DNA of 12,924 nucleotides, from NCBI GenBank assembly GCA_031459535.1, contig JAVKIJ010000082.1, forward strand, positions 1-12,924, in the 5' to 3' direction. The notes under the pieces were generated by a model. The model did no database searches. It saw only the letters and a list, made by a program, of their open reading frames with translations, and had not been told where the DNA came from. Origin of the DNA: Candidatus Fervidifonticultor quintus. GTDB taxonomy: Bacteria > Sysuimicrobiota > Sysuimicrobiia > Sysuimicrobiales > Humicultoraceae. The translations under genes and the position numbers were made by a program. Below are positions 1-7,958 of this stretch, piece by piece; positions within the stretch are counted from its first letter, which is position 1, and every line of letters begins with the position of its first letter.

Positions 1-491
1 CCGACATGCGCGGCAATGTGGACACCAGACTGCGCAAGCTCGCTCGAGGGCAGGTCGACGCCCTGCTGGTGGCCGCCGCAGGCCTCGCACGGCTGGGCCT
101 CGATCACCGCGCCGCCGAACGGCTCGATCCGGCGGTGATGCTCCCCGCCGTCGGCCAGGGTGCGGTGGTGGCGCAGGTCCGCAGCGACGCTAGCGATCTG
201 CGCGCGCGCCTGGCGATCGTGGATCACCTCCCGACTCGCGCCGAGGTCGAAGCCGAGCGTGCGCTCCTCGCGGCCCTGGGAGGCGGCTGTCAGCGGCCGA
301 TCGCCGCGCTGGGCCGGTGCGACGGCAAGCGCCTGGTGCTGGACGGCGCCGTGCTCGAGGCGGACGGCACGCAGATCGTGCGCGAGCGCATCGCCAGCGA
401 CGCCGCGCACCCCGCCGAGGCTGGAGCAGCGCTCGCCCGGCGGCTGCTGGCCCTGGGCGCGGGACGGTTGTTGGTCGAGGTGGCCCGTTGA
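1..491 (+). CDS. hemC: Hydroxymethylbilane synthase (porphobilinogen deaminase), 3' part; 5' end lies outside the window
   Basis: Motifs RGNVDTRLRKL, LLVAAAGLARLG, MLPAVGQGA and AERALLAALGGGCQRPIAA (cofactor-binding Cys). The frame is open from the window edge; TGA at 489-491. Confidence 0.96.
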   Translation, partial: DMRGNVDTRLRKLARGQVDALLVAAAGLARLGLDHRAAERLDPAVMLPAVGQGAVVAQVRSDASDLRARLAIVDHLPTRAEVEAERALLAALGGGCQRPIAALGRCDGKRLVLDGAVLEADGTQIVRERIASDAAHPAEAGAALARRLLALGAGRLLVEVAR

Positions 492-1303
492 GCGACGCGC
501 TGCCCCTGGCGGGCTGCCGGATCCTGGTCACCCGACCGCGTGCTCAGAGCCGGCCACTGGTCCGGAGGCTGCAGGCCCTGGGCGCCGAGGCGCACGTTGT
601 GCCTGCGATCAGCATCGAGGCCCCGCGCGCCGGAGGGCCGCTGGACCAGGCGCTGCTCGGCCTGGGCGACTATGACTGGGTGGTCGTCACGAGCGCCAAC
701 GGAGCGCGGGCCTGCATCAGCCGCGCCGGGAGCCTCGGCGTAGATCTGAGTGCGACCCCGCCCCGGTGGGCCGCCATCGGCCCGGCCACAGCGCGGGTGT
801 TGCGCCGGGCGGGCGTCGCCGTGGCCATGACGCCGTCGCGCTTCCTCACCGAGGCCATCGCCGACGAGCTGCACGACGTGCGCGGGAGGCGCATCCTTCT
901 GCCGCGCACCGAGGCGGCACCGCCTGGCCTCGCCGAGGCGCTCCGGAGGCGTGGTGCGGCGGTTGACGAGGTGGCCGCCTACCGCACGGTACTGGCGCCG
1001 ACGCGCTCGCAAGCGCGCCTGTGCGCGCTGCTCGACGGCCGTGGGGTCGACACGGTGATCTTCACCAGCGCCTCCACGGTCCGCGGGCTGCTGCGGCTGC
1101 TCGGTGACCGCCGGGATGCGCTGCGCCAGATGGACATCGCCTGCATCGGCCCGGTCACCGCCGCGGCGGTGCGCCAAGAGGGATTTGATCCCTCCGTGGT
1201 CGCCGAGGAACACACCGTCCAGGGCCTGGTATCCGCCCTGGTGTCGTACCACACGAGACACACGAGAGGAGCACAGCATGCCCCAGACCGCGCTGCGCGC
1301 TAG
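488..1303 (+). CDS. hemD: Uroporphyrinogen-III synthase
   Basis: Motifs LAGCRILVTRP, YDWVVVTSANG, AAIGPATA, VAAYRT, IFTSASTV and IACIGPVTA. Start placed at TTG 488, overlapping the hemC stop (TTGA), with SD-like GAGGTGG just upstream. The ORF-track start at 317 lies inside hemC. Confidence 0.93.
   Translation: MSDALPLAGCRILVTRPRAQSRPLVRRLQALGAEAHVVPAISIEAPRAGGPLDQALLGLGDYDWVVVTSANGARACISRAGSLGVDLSATPPRWAAIGPATARVLRRAGVAVAMTPSRFLTEAIADELHDVRGRRILLPRTEAAPPGLAEALRRRGAAVDEVAAYRTVLAPTRSQARLCALLDGRGVDTVIFTSASTVRGLLRLLGDRRDALRQMDIACIGPVTAAAVRQEGFDPSVVAEEHTVQGLVSALVSYHTRHTRGAQHAPDRAAR
1250..1267 (+). repeat. Perfect 9-bp tandem duplication CACACGAGA x2 in the hemD tail
   Basis: Directly visible; encodes HTR-HTR and abuts the hemB Shine-Dalgarno sequence. 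Confidence 0.8.
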
Positions 1304-2279
1304 CCTGATCCGCCGGCCCCGGCGGCTCCGCCGCACGGCCGCCCTGCGCAACCTCGTCCGCGAGACGCGGCTCCATCCCGGAAGCTTTGTGGCGCCGCTG
1401 TTCGTCCGGTCCGGACGCGGGGTGCGCGAGCCGATCCCTTCACTGCCGGGACAGATGCGCTTCTCACCCGACGAGCTCGGTCGCGAGGTGGAGCATCTGA
1501 TCAGCCTGGGGATCGGTGGTGTCCTGCTGTTTGGGATCCCCGACGAGAAGGATGCACAAGCCACAGCGGCCTACAGCGACCAGGGGATCGTCCAGCAAGC
1601 CGTGCGGGAACTCCGCCGCCGGCACCCATCGGCGGTCATCATGACCGACGTCTGCCTGTGCGGGTACACCGATCACGGCCACTGCGGGGTGGTGCGGGGC
1701 GGAGAGATCGACAACGACGCGACGCTGGCGCTGCTGGCACGGGTGGCCACGTCGCACGCGGCCGCCGGCGCCGATTTCGTCGCGCCCAGCGCCATGATGG
1801 ACGGGCAGGTCGGCGCCATCCGCGAGGCGCTGGACGAGGCCGGCTTCACCGAGGTGGCCGTGATGGCCTATGCGGCCAAGCACGCCTCGGCCTTCTACGG
1901 CCCCTTCCGAGAGGCAGCGCAGTCGGCGCCGCAGTTCGGCGACCGGCGCGGCTATCAGATGGACCCGGCGAACCTGCGCGAGGCACTCCGCGAGATCGAG
2001 CTGGACGTCTCTGAAGGCGCGGATATCGTGATGATCAAGCCGGCCCTGGCGTATCTCGACGTGATCCGGGCAGCGCGCGAGGCGACCTCACTGCCCATCG
2101 CCGCCTACTGGGTCAGCGGCGAGTACGCCATGCTCAAAGCCGCCGCCGCGAACGGCTGGCTGGACGATCGCCGCGCGGTCCTGGAGGTGCTCACCGCGAT
2201 CCGCCGGGCCGGCGCCGACATCATCCTGACATACGCGGCGGCCGAGGCGGCCCGCTGGCTGGCGGAGGGTGAGCACTGA
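1278..2279 (+). CDS. hemB: Porphobilinogen synthase (ALA dehydratase), Zn-binding Cys type
   Basis: Motifs RPRRLRR, DVCLCGYTDHGHCG (Zn ligands), APSAMMDGQV, ASAFYGPFREA, YQMDPAN, MIKPALAYLD and VSGEYAM. ATG at 1278 is preceded by GAGGAG. Confidence 0.97.
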   Translation: MPQTALRASLIRRPRRLRRTAALRNLVRETRLHPGSFVAPLFVRSGRGVREPIPSLPGQMRFSPDELGREVEHLISLGIGGVLLFGIPDEKDAQATAAYSDQGIVQQAVRELRRRHPSAVIMTDVCLCGYTDHGHCGVVRGGEIDNDATLALLARVATSHAAAGADFVAPSAMMDGQVGAIREALDEAGFTEVAVMAYAAKHASAFYGPFREAAQSAPQFGDRRGYQMDPANLREALREIELDVSEGADIVMIKPALAYLDVIRAAREATSLPIAAYWVSGEYAMLKAAAANGWLDDRRAVLEVLTAIRRAGADIILTYAAAEAARWLAEGEH

Positions 2280-2983
2280 TGGACGAGACCTGGCGATATG
2301 TGCACGTCCTGGCGCTCAAGCTGGACGCGGCGTGGCGGCGGCTGCCCGCGGACGTGCAGGCCAGTGAGGCCGAGCAGTTCCAGCGGGCGGCTGAGGCGGC
2401 GGCCGAACGGGTACGCACATTCACGTACTCGACGGTAGGGATGCGCGCGGACTGCGACCTGTTGCTCTGGCGGCTGGGCCCGTCGATCGAGGCCCTCGAG
2501 GAGACCGCCGCGGGACTCCTGATCACGGGCATGGGCCGCTCGATGACGGTCGCGTACTCGATGACCGGCATGGTCCGGCCATCCCAGTACGTGAAGAAGC
2601 CCACGGTGCAAGAACAGGCCATGTTCGAGGGTCGCCGCCAACGCTACCTGATCGTCTATCCGTTCGTGAAGACCGCGGACTGGTATCTGCTCGACCGCGA
2701 CGAGCGGCAGCGGCTGATGAACGAGCACATGCGGGTCGGACACCGGTACCCCATGGTCCAGCAGCTGCTGGCCTACTCGTTCGGGATGGACGACCAAGAG
2801 TTCATTGTGGCGTACGAGACCGACGATCTGCCAGCGTTCCAGGACCTCGTCTACGCCCTGCGGATGACCGAGGGCCGCAGGTACACGGTACGGGACACGC
2901 CCATCCTCCTTGGGATCCACAGGCCGCTGCGCGCGATCCTGACGCTGCTGGGCGCGCCGGCTTCGGCCGAGGTGCGGGCATGA
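2279..2983 (+). CDS. chdC: Coproheme decarboxylase (ChdC/HemQ, chlorite dismutase-like family)
   Basis: Catalytic Y-P-F-V-K motif (Y127/K131), WYLL, proximal His in EHMRVG (H150), Gln rather than Arg at the distal position (VQQ), and YSFGMDDQEF. Located inside a hem operon; TGATG coupling to hemB. Confidence 0.88.
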   Translation: MDETWRYVHVLALKLDAAWRRLPADVQASEAEQFQRAAEAAAERVRTFTYSTVGMRADCDLLLWRLGPSIEALEETAAGLLITGMGRSMTVAYSMTGMVRPSQYVKKPTVQEQAMFEGRRQRYLIVYPFVKTADWYLLDRDERQRLMNEHMRVGHRYPMVQQLLAYSFGMDDQEFIVAYETDDLPAFQDLVYALRMTEGRRYTVRDTPILLGIHRPLRAILTLLGAPASAEVRA

Positions 2984-4077
2984 CCAGGCAGCCCTCGTAC
3001 GAGGCGGTGCGCGCGGCGCAGAGTGGCTACGTGTTCGATCGGGCGCCCATGCTCCTCTATTGGGAGCTGACGCGGGCGTGCGACCTGGCGTGCAAGCACT
3101 GCCGGGCGGAAGCAGTGGTAGACCGCGACCCCGACGAGCTCACCACCGGTGAGGCCCAGGCTCTGCTGGAGCAGATCCTCGACTTCGGCGCCCCGTTCCC
3201 CCATGTGGTGTTCACCGGTGGAGATCCGCTGAAGCGACCCGACCTCTACGAGCTGGTGGCGCACGCGCGCACGCTGGGCATCGGCGCGTCGCTGGCACCG
3301 TCGGGCACCACGCTGCTCACACGGGACGCGATCCGGCGCCTCCGTGAGGCGGGCATCCAGAGCATGTCGCTGAGCCTGGACGGCTCGAACGCCGACCGGC
3401 ACGATACGTTTCGTGGCGTCCCCGGCTGCTTCGACACCACCATGGCCGCGGCCCGCTGGGTGGCCGAGGAGGGCCTGCCGCTCCAGATCAACACGCTGGT
3501 CACCGACGAGACTGCGGCAGACCTGCCAGCGATCTACGAGCTCCTCTTGCGCATGTCCATCGAGCGCTGGAGCCTGTTCTTCCTGATCTCGGTCGGGCGC
3601 GGCACCGCCCTGCGCGAGCTCGACCCGCACGCCGCCGAGCGTCTGATGCACTGGCTCTACGACCTGATGCAGACCTCGCCGTTTGCCATCAAGACCACCG
3701 AGGCGCCGTCGTTTCGTCGGGTCGCCTTGGGCCGGATGCGCGCCGCGGGGTGGGACGGCGCACAGATCCGCCGCAGCAGTATCGGTCGGGGATTCGGGAT
3801 CCGCGACGGCAACGGCATCATGTTCGTCTCGCGCACCGGTGAGGTGACCCCCTCGGGATTCCTGCCGCTCCCGGCGGGGAACGTGCGGCGGGAGCGCATC
3901 GTCCATCTCTATCGCCACAGCCCGCTGTTCGTAGCGTTGCGGGATGTGTCCCGCTTCGCGGACCGGTGCGGCCGGTGTGCCTTCAACTGGATTTGCGGCG
4001 GATCCCGCTCGCGAGCCTTCGCCCACACCGGCAACGTCCTGGCCAGCGATCCGCTGTGCCCGTACATCCCCCCATGA
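2980..4077 (+). CDS. Radical SAM/SPASM-domain protein, AhbD/NirJ-related (resembles the TIGR04053/BA_1875 family); function not established
   Basis: YWELTRACDLACKHCRAEA (CxxxCxxC), FTGGDPL, SLSLDG and HDTFRGVPG, plus C-terminal CGRC-x5-C-x20-C ending in SDPLCPY. ATGA overlaps at both ends. Confidence 0.85.
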   Translation: MTRQPSYEAVRAAQSGYVFDRAPMLLYWELTRACDLACKHCRAEAVVDRDPDELTTGEAQALLEQILDFGAPFPHVVFTGGDPLKRPDLYELVAHARTLGIGASLAPSGTTLLTRDAIRRLREAGIQSMSLSLDGSNADRHDTFRGVPGCFDTTMAAARWVAEEGLPLQINTLVTDETAADLPAIYELLLRMSIERWSLFFLISVGRGTALRELDPHAAERLMHWLYDLMQTSPFAIKTTEAPSFRRVALGRMRAAGWDGAQIRRSSIGRGFGIRDGNGIMFVSRTGEVTPSGFLPLPAGNVRRERIVHLYRHSPLFVALRDVSRFADRCGRCAFNWICGGSRSRAFAHTGNVLASDPLCPYIPP

Positions 4078-5111
4078 TCGACCGCTTCCTGCGTGCCTGC
4101 CGGGGCGAGCCCACCGACTGCACGCCGGTCTGGTTCATGCGGCAGGCCGGCCGGTCCCAGCCCGAGTATCGGGCGCTGCGCGAGCGGTACTCCCTGCTGG
4201 ACCTCATCCGGACTCCGGAGCTGTGCGCACACGTGACACTGCGGCCCGTGGCGGAGCTCGGCGTGGACGCCGCCATCCTCTTCTCCGACATCACGCTCCC
4301 ATTAATGGGCATGGGCGCCGACGTCCAGATCGTCGACGGCCGCGGGCCGGTGGTCGCGCGCCCGGTGCGCACAGCCGGCGACGTGGAGCGGCTGCGGCCC
4401 TTCGAGCCGGACCGCGACATCCCGTTCCTGCTCGAGGCGATCCGCCTCATCCGGAGCCAATCCCGCGTGCCACTCATCGGGTTCGCCGGCGCGCCGTTTA
4501 CGCTGGCCAGCTACCTGATCGAAGGGGAGGGCTCGCGCGAGCTGTACCTCACCAAGCGCATGCTGCTGGCTGAGCCGCTGCTGTGGTCGCGCCTGATGGA
4601 TCGTCTCACGGACGCGACGCTGGCGTACCTGTCCGCCCAGGTCGGCTCGGGCGTCCAGGCCGTGCAGGTCTTCGATTCATGGATCGGGGCCGTGGCGCCT
4701 CGGGACTACGAGGCGGCCGTCCTGCCCCACATGCGACGGCTGTTTGCCGGCCTGCGGCCGCTGGGCGTGCCGGTGATCCACTTTGGCACGGGCAGCGCCG
4801 GGCTGCTGTCGTTGATGGCTGGCGCAGGAGGTGACGTCATCGGCGTGGACTGGCGCATCCGGCTCAGAGAGGCCTGGGCTCGGATCGGTGGGGCCGCCAT
4901 CCAGGGCAACCTCGATCCCACCACCCTCCTGGCTCCGTTCGAGGTAGCTGCGGCAGCCGCCCGCGACATCCTGGACGACGCCGGTGGCCGGAGGGGGCAC
5001 ATCTTCAATCTCGGGCACGGCGTGCTGCCCCAGACCCCTCGGGACTCGCTGAGGCGGCTGGTCGACCTCGTGCACACCTACGCGCCCGTCCCGGCCGCAG
5101 GCGGACGATGA
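4074..5111 (+). CDS. hemE: Uroporphyrinogen decarboxylase
   Basis: Motifs PVWFMRQAGRSQPEY, DAAILFSDI, LIGFAGAPFTLASYLIEG, QVFDSW, QGNLDP and HIFNLGHGVLP. Start ATG 4074 overlaps the radical SAM stop (ATGA). Confidence 0.97.
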   Translation: MIDRFLRACRGEPTDCTPVWFMRQAGRSQPEYRALRERYSLLDLIRTPELCAHVTLRPVAELGVDAAILFSDITLPLMGMGADVQIVDGRGPVVARPVRTAGDVERLRPFEPDRDIPFLLEAIRLIRSQSRVPLIGFAGAPFTLASYLIEGEGSRELYLTKRMLLAEPLLWSRLMDRLTDATLAYLSAQVGSGVQAVQVFDSWIGAVAPRDYEAAVLPHMRRLFAGLRPLGVPVIHFGTGSAGLLSLMAGAGGDVIGVDWRIRLREAWARIGGAAIQGNLDPTTLLAPFEVAAAAARDILDDAGGRRGHIFNLGHGVLPQTPRDSLRRLVDLVHTYAPVPAAGGR

Positions 5112-6046
5112 TCGGCGTCCTGGTCATGGCCTACGGGACGCCTCGCGGCCCCGCGGATCTGGAGGCCTACTACACCCACATCAGGCGTGGCCGGCCGCCG
5201 TCTGCGGAACTGCTGGAGGAACTGGCCGCTCGCTACCAGGCCATCGGCTGGTCGCCGCTGACCGAACTGACGCAGCGCCAGGCCGACGGCCTGCAGGCGC
5301 GGCTCGAAGCGGTGAAGCTCGGCCGGTGGCGCGTCTACGTGGGCATGAAGCACGCGTCGCCGTTCATCGGTGATGTAGTCCGCGCCATGGGCGCCGACGG
5401 CGTCGCCGAGGCAGTGGGGGTCGTGCTGGCACCGCACTACTCGCGCATGAGCGTCGGCGCCTACATCGCCGCCGCGGAAGCAGCGCGCCGGGCGCTGGAC
5501 CGACCGTTTCCCGCCCGGTACGTCGAGCGCTGGGGAGAGCATCCCCTGTTCGTGGAGGCGGTGACCGACCGGCTCTGCGCGGCGCTCGCCCGGCTCCCCG
5601 AGGAGATCCGGGACCGGACGCCGGTGATCTTCACCGCCCACAGCCTGCCCGAGCGCATCTTGACCTGGCACGATCCCTATCCCGACGAGCTCCGGCGCAC
5701 GGCGGCGGCGGTGGCCGCGCGCGCCGGCGTCCGGACCTGGACGCTCGCCTTCCAGAGCGCCGGTCGCACCGCCGAGACCTGGCTGGGCCCGGACGTGCGG
5801 GAGGTGATCCACCGGTTCCATGACGGCGGCGTCCGCAGCGTCGCGGTATGCTCCGTGGGCTTCGTCACCGATCACCTGGAGGTGCTCTACGATCTGGACA
5901 TTGAAGCGCGCCAGGTGTGCGAGGCCCTGGGCGTACAGTACGTGCGCGCCGGATCGCTCAACGACCACCCGCTGCTGATCGAGGCCCTGGCCGACCTGGT
6001 GCAACACCACGCGGTGCCCCCGCCGGCCGAGCTGGCAACACCCTGA
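5108..6046 (+). CDS. hemH: Ferrochelatase, Firmicutes-like coproporphyrin ferrochelatase (CpfC)
   Basis: Motifs GVLVMAYGTP, YYTHIRRGR, GMKHASPFI, LAPHYS, FTAHSLP, FQSAG..WLGPD and GFVTDHLEVLYDLD. No C-terminal Cys cluster motif. Confidence 0.95.
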   Translation: MIGVLVMAYGTPRGPADLEAYYTHIRRGRPPSAELLEELAARYQAIGWSPLTELTQRQADGLQARLEAVKLGRWRVYVGMKHASPFIGDVVRAMGADGVAEAVGVVLAPHYSRMSVGAYIAAAEAARRALDRPFPARYVERWGEHPLFVEAVTDRLCAALARLPEEIRDRTPVIFTAHSLPERILTWHDPYPDELRRTAAAVAARAGVRTWTLAFQSAGRTAETWLGPDVREVIHRFHDGGVRSVAVCSVGFVTDHLEVLYDLDIEARQVCEALGVQYVRAGSLNDHPLLIEALADLVQHHAVPPPAELATP

Positions 6047-6053
6047 ACCTGCG

Positions 6054-7481
6054 ATGTTGACTCCGCGCATCGTCATCGTCGGAGGCGGCATCACCGGGCT
6101 GGCCGCAGCCCATGCGTTGGTCACCGATCCGCACGTCCGCCGCCTCGGCTTGCGCTGCACCCTTGTGGAAGCGGAGCCGCGCCTAGGCGGCAAACTGCAA
6201 ACCGAGCGCATCGACGGGTGCCTCGTTGAGAACGGCCCGGACTCGTTCCTGGCCACGAAGCCCTGGGCAGCCGAGCTGTGCCGCACGGTCGGCCTGGGCG
6301 ATCGCCTGGTGGGCACGCTGCCCGGCCGCACCGTCTACGTCGCCTACCGGGGCCGCCTGCACCCGCTGCCCGAGGGCCTGGCGTTTGGCGTGCCGACACG
6401 GTTGTGGCCCGTGGTACGCAGCAGCCTGCTGTCGCCGGTCGAAAAGCTACGCGTCGCGACCGACCTCCTTCTCCCGCGCCGCGACGGCACCGAGGATGAG
6501 ACCATCGGTAGCCTGCTCCGCCGGCGGCTGGGCGGCGCGGTCGTGGACCGCCTGGCCGGTCCGCTGCTGGGCGGCATTTATGCCGGGGATCCCGACCAGC
6601 TCAGCGTGCGCGCCACCTTTCCGATGCTGGCCGAGTGGGAGGCTGCGCACCGCAGCCTGGTCCTCGCCGCCCTCGCCCGGCGCCGCAGATCGAGGGTCGT
6701 GCTCGCGGCCGGGGGTCCCAGCCCGATGTTTCTGAGCCTGATCGGCGGTGTGAGCGAGCTCGTCTGCCGGCTCCAGGCGCTGCTGGGCGACGTCGAGATC
6801 CTAACCGGCCGCTCGGTCACTCGGCTGCAGCGGCGTCCGGGCGGCTACAGCCTGACACTAGACGACGGCACGGTGCTGGACGCGTCGGCGGTGCTGCTGG
6901 CCGTCCCGGCCTACGTGGCTGGCCGGCTACTGGAGCACCTGGCACCCACGGCCTCGCGGCTGCTCTGCTCGATCCCGTACGTCTCGACCGTGGCCGTCAC
7001 CCTCGGGTACCGGCGCGCTGATCTCGCTCACCCGCTCGACGGCCACGGCTTCGTCGTGGCGCGGGGCGAACCCCTGGCGATCACGGCGTGCACTTGGCTG
7101 TCATCGAAGTGGCCGAACCGCGCGCCCGCCGACCGGGCGCTGCTGCGGTGCTACCTCGGCGCGGCGGGGCGAGAAGCGATCGCAGAGGAGGAAGACGACC
7201 AGCTCCTCACCCTCACTCGCGCAGACCTGCGCGTAATGATGGGCATCGATGCGGAGCCGCTCTTTGCCAGCGTGGCGCGCTGGAAGCGTGCCATGCCCCA
7301 GTACCTGCCCGGCCACCTGGATCGGCTGGCCGACATTGAGGCCGATCTGGGCAGACTGCCCGATCTGGCCATCGCCGGAGCCGGATACCGGGGAATAGGC
7401 ATCCCTGACTGCATCCGCCAGGGGACCGAGGCGGCCGGGCGGCTGGCCAGGTACCTTGCCCGACAGCCCGCCGCCCTCTGA
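6054..7481 (+). CDS. hemY: FAD-dependent (copro)porphyrinogen oxidase HemY/CgoX
   Basis: GGGITGLAAA Rossmann motif, RLGGK, ENGPDSF, GGIYAGD, SSKWPNRAP, AMPQY and GIGIPDCIRQG. CgoX activity is inferred from co-location with cpfC and chdC. Confidence 0.95.
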   Translation: MLTPRIVIVGGGITGLAAAHALVTDPHVRRLGLRCTLVEAEPRLGGKLQTERIDGCLVENGPDSFLATKPWAAELCRTVGLGDRLVGTLPGRTVYVAYRGRLHPLPEGLAFGVPTRLWPVVRSSLLSPVEKLRVATDLLLPRRDGTEDETIGSLLRRRLGGAVVDRLAGPLLGGIYAGDPDQLSVRATFPMLAEWEAAHRSLVLAALARRRRSRVVLAAGGPSPMFLSLIGGVSELVCRLQALLGDVEILTGRSVTRLQRRPGGYSLTLDDGTVLDASAVLLAVPAYVAGRLLEHLAPTASRLLCSIPYVSTVAVTLGYRRADLAHPLDGHGFVVARGEPLAITACTWLSSKWPNRAPADRALLRCYLGAAGREAIAEEEDDQLLTLTRADLRVMMGIDAEPLFASVARWKRAMPQYLPGHLDRLADIEADLGRLPDLAIAGAGYRGIGIPDCIRQGTEAAGRLARYLARQPAAL

Positions 7482-7504
7482 CCCGATCCGGCTCGCTCAA
7501 GTGG

Positions 7505-7560
7505 GCCTCCAGGACCCGCTGGAGGCGGGGCTGACGTGGGCGCACCCCACCCACGGTCAG
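7505..7560. terminator. Two adjacent GC-rich hairpins between convergent hemY and yraN; possible bidirectional terminator or 3' stabiliser
   Basis: GCCTCCAG-gacccg-CTGGAGGC (7505-7526, 8 bp perfect) and CTGACGTGGG...CCCACGGTCAG (7531-7560, one bulge). No U tract on either strand. Confidence 0.45.
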
Positions 7561-7958
7561 GGGGCCCCCTCGACCTGAAAGGCGTCAGGTATGTGTTCGA
7601 TAGCCACCACCTGACCTCTGGGGCCCAACAGCACTGCCACGGCGTCGAACCGCACCGGGCACGAGCCCAGGCCGTTGGCCTGCAGGAACCGCGCGGCCAG
7701 CCGCGCCAGCCGGCGTTGCTTGCGAGCGACGACGGCTTCCGACGGATGGCCAAACCCCTGCCCGATGCGGGCCTTCACCTCGACGAAGACCACCAGACCC
7801 GCCTGCCTGGCGACCAGATCGATCTCGCCGAAGCGGGACCGGACGTTTCGGGCGAGCACCCGGTATCCCCGGGCCTCCAGCCAGGCGGCGGCCGCCCGCT
7901 CCCCCACCCGGCCGTGGACGGCCAGGCGAGAGGCCCTGGAACCAGCCGGTGGTGCCAT
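7557..7958 (-). CDS. yraN: YraN/UPF0102 family PD-(D/E)xK nuclease
   Basis: Motifs GERAAAAWLEARGYRVLARN, GEIDLVA, VFVEVKAR, EAVVARKQRRL, RFDAVAV and HIPDAF. SD GGAAGGGGAG upstream of the ATG. Confidence 0.94.
   Translation of the reverse strand: MAPPAGSRASRLAVHGRVGERAAAAWLEARGYRVLARNVRSRFGEIDLVARQAGLVVFVEVKARIGQGFGHPSEAVVARKQRRLARLAARFLQANGLGSCPVRFDAVAVLLGPRGQVVAIEHIPDAFQVEGAP

Noticed and set aside
317-487. Extended N-termini from the ORF track (hemD 317; likewise hemB 1104, hemE 3966, trmD 11363, rplS 10372)
   Set aside because: The extensions overlap upstream genes or leaders and are non-homologous; downstream starts have an SD or stop-start coupling.
2279-2983. True chlorite dismutase
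   Set aside because: No distal Arg, the ChdC Tyr/Lys motif is present, there is no signal peptide, and the gene sits in a heme operon.
2980-4077. RiPP maturase, PqqE or HemN assignment for the radical SAM protein
   Set aside because: No precursor peptide, RRE/PqqD or transporter nearby; it lacks the HemN YxHxPFC motif and has a SPASM-type tail.
290-6331. Long antisense ORFs (290-1564, 2105-2920, 2851-4026, 5078-6331)
   Set aside because: They are shadows of real hem genes in high-GC DNA with few stop codons, and have no recognisable motifs.
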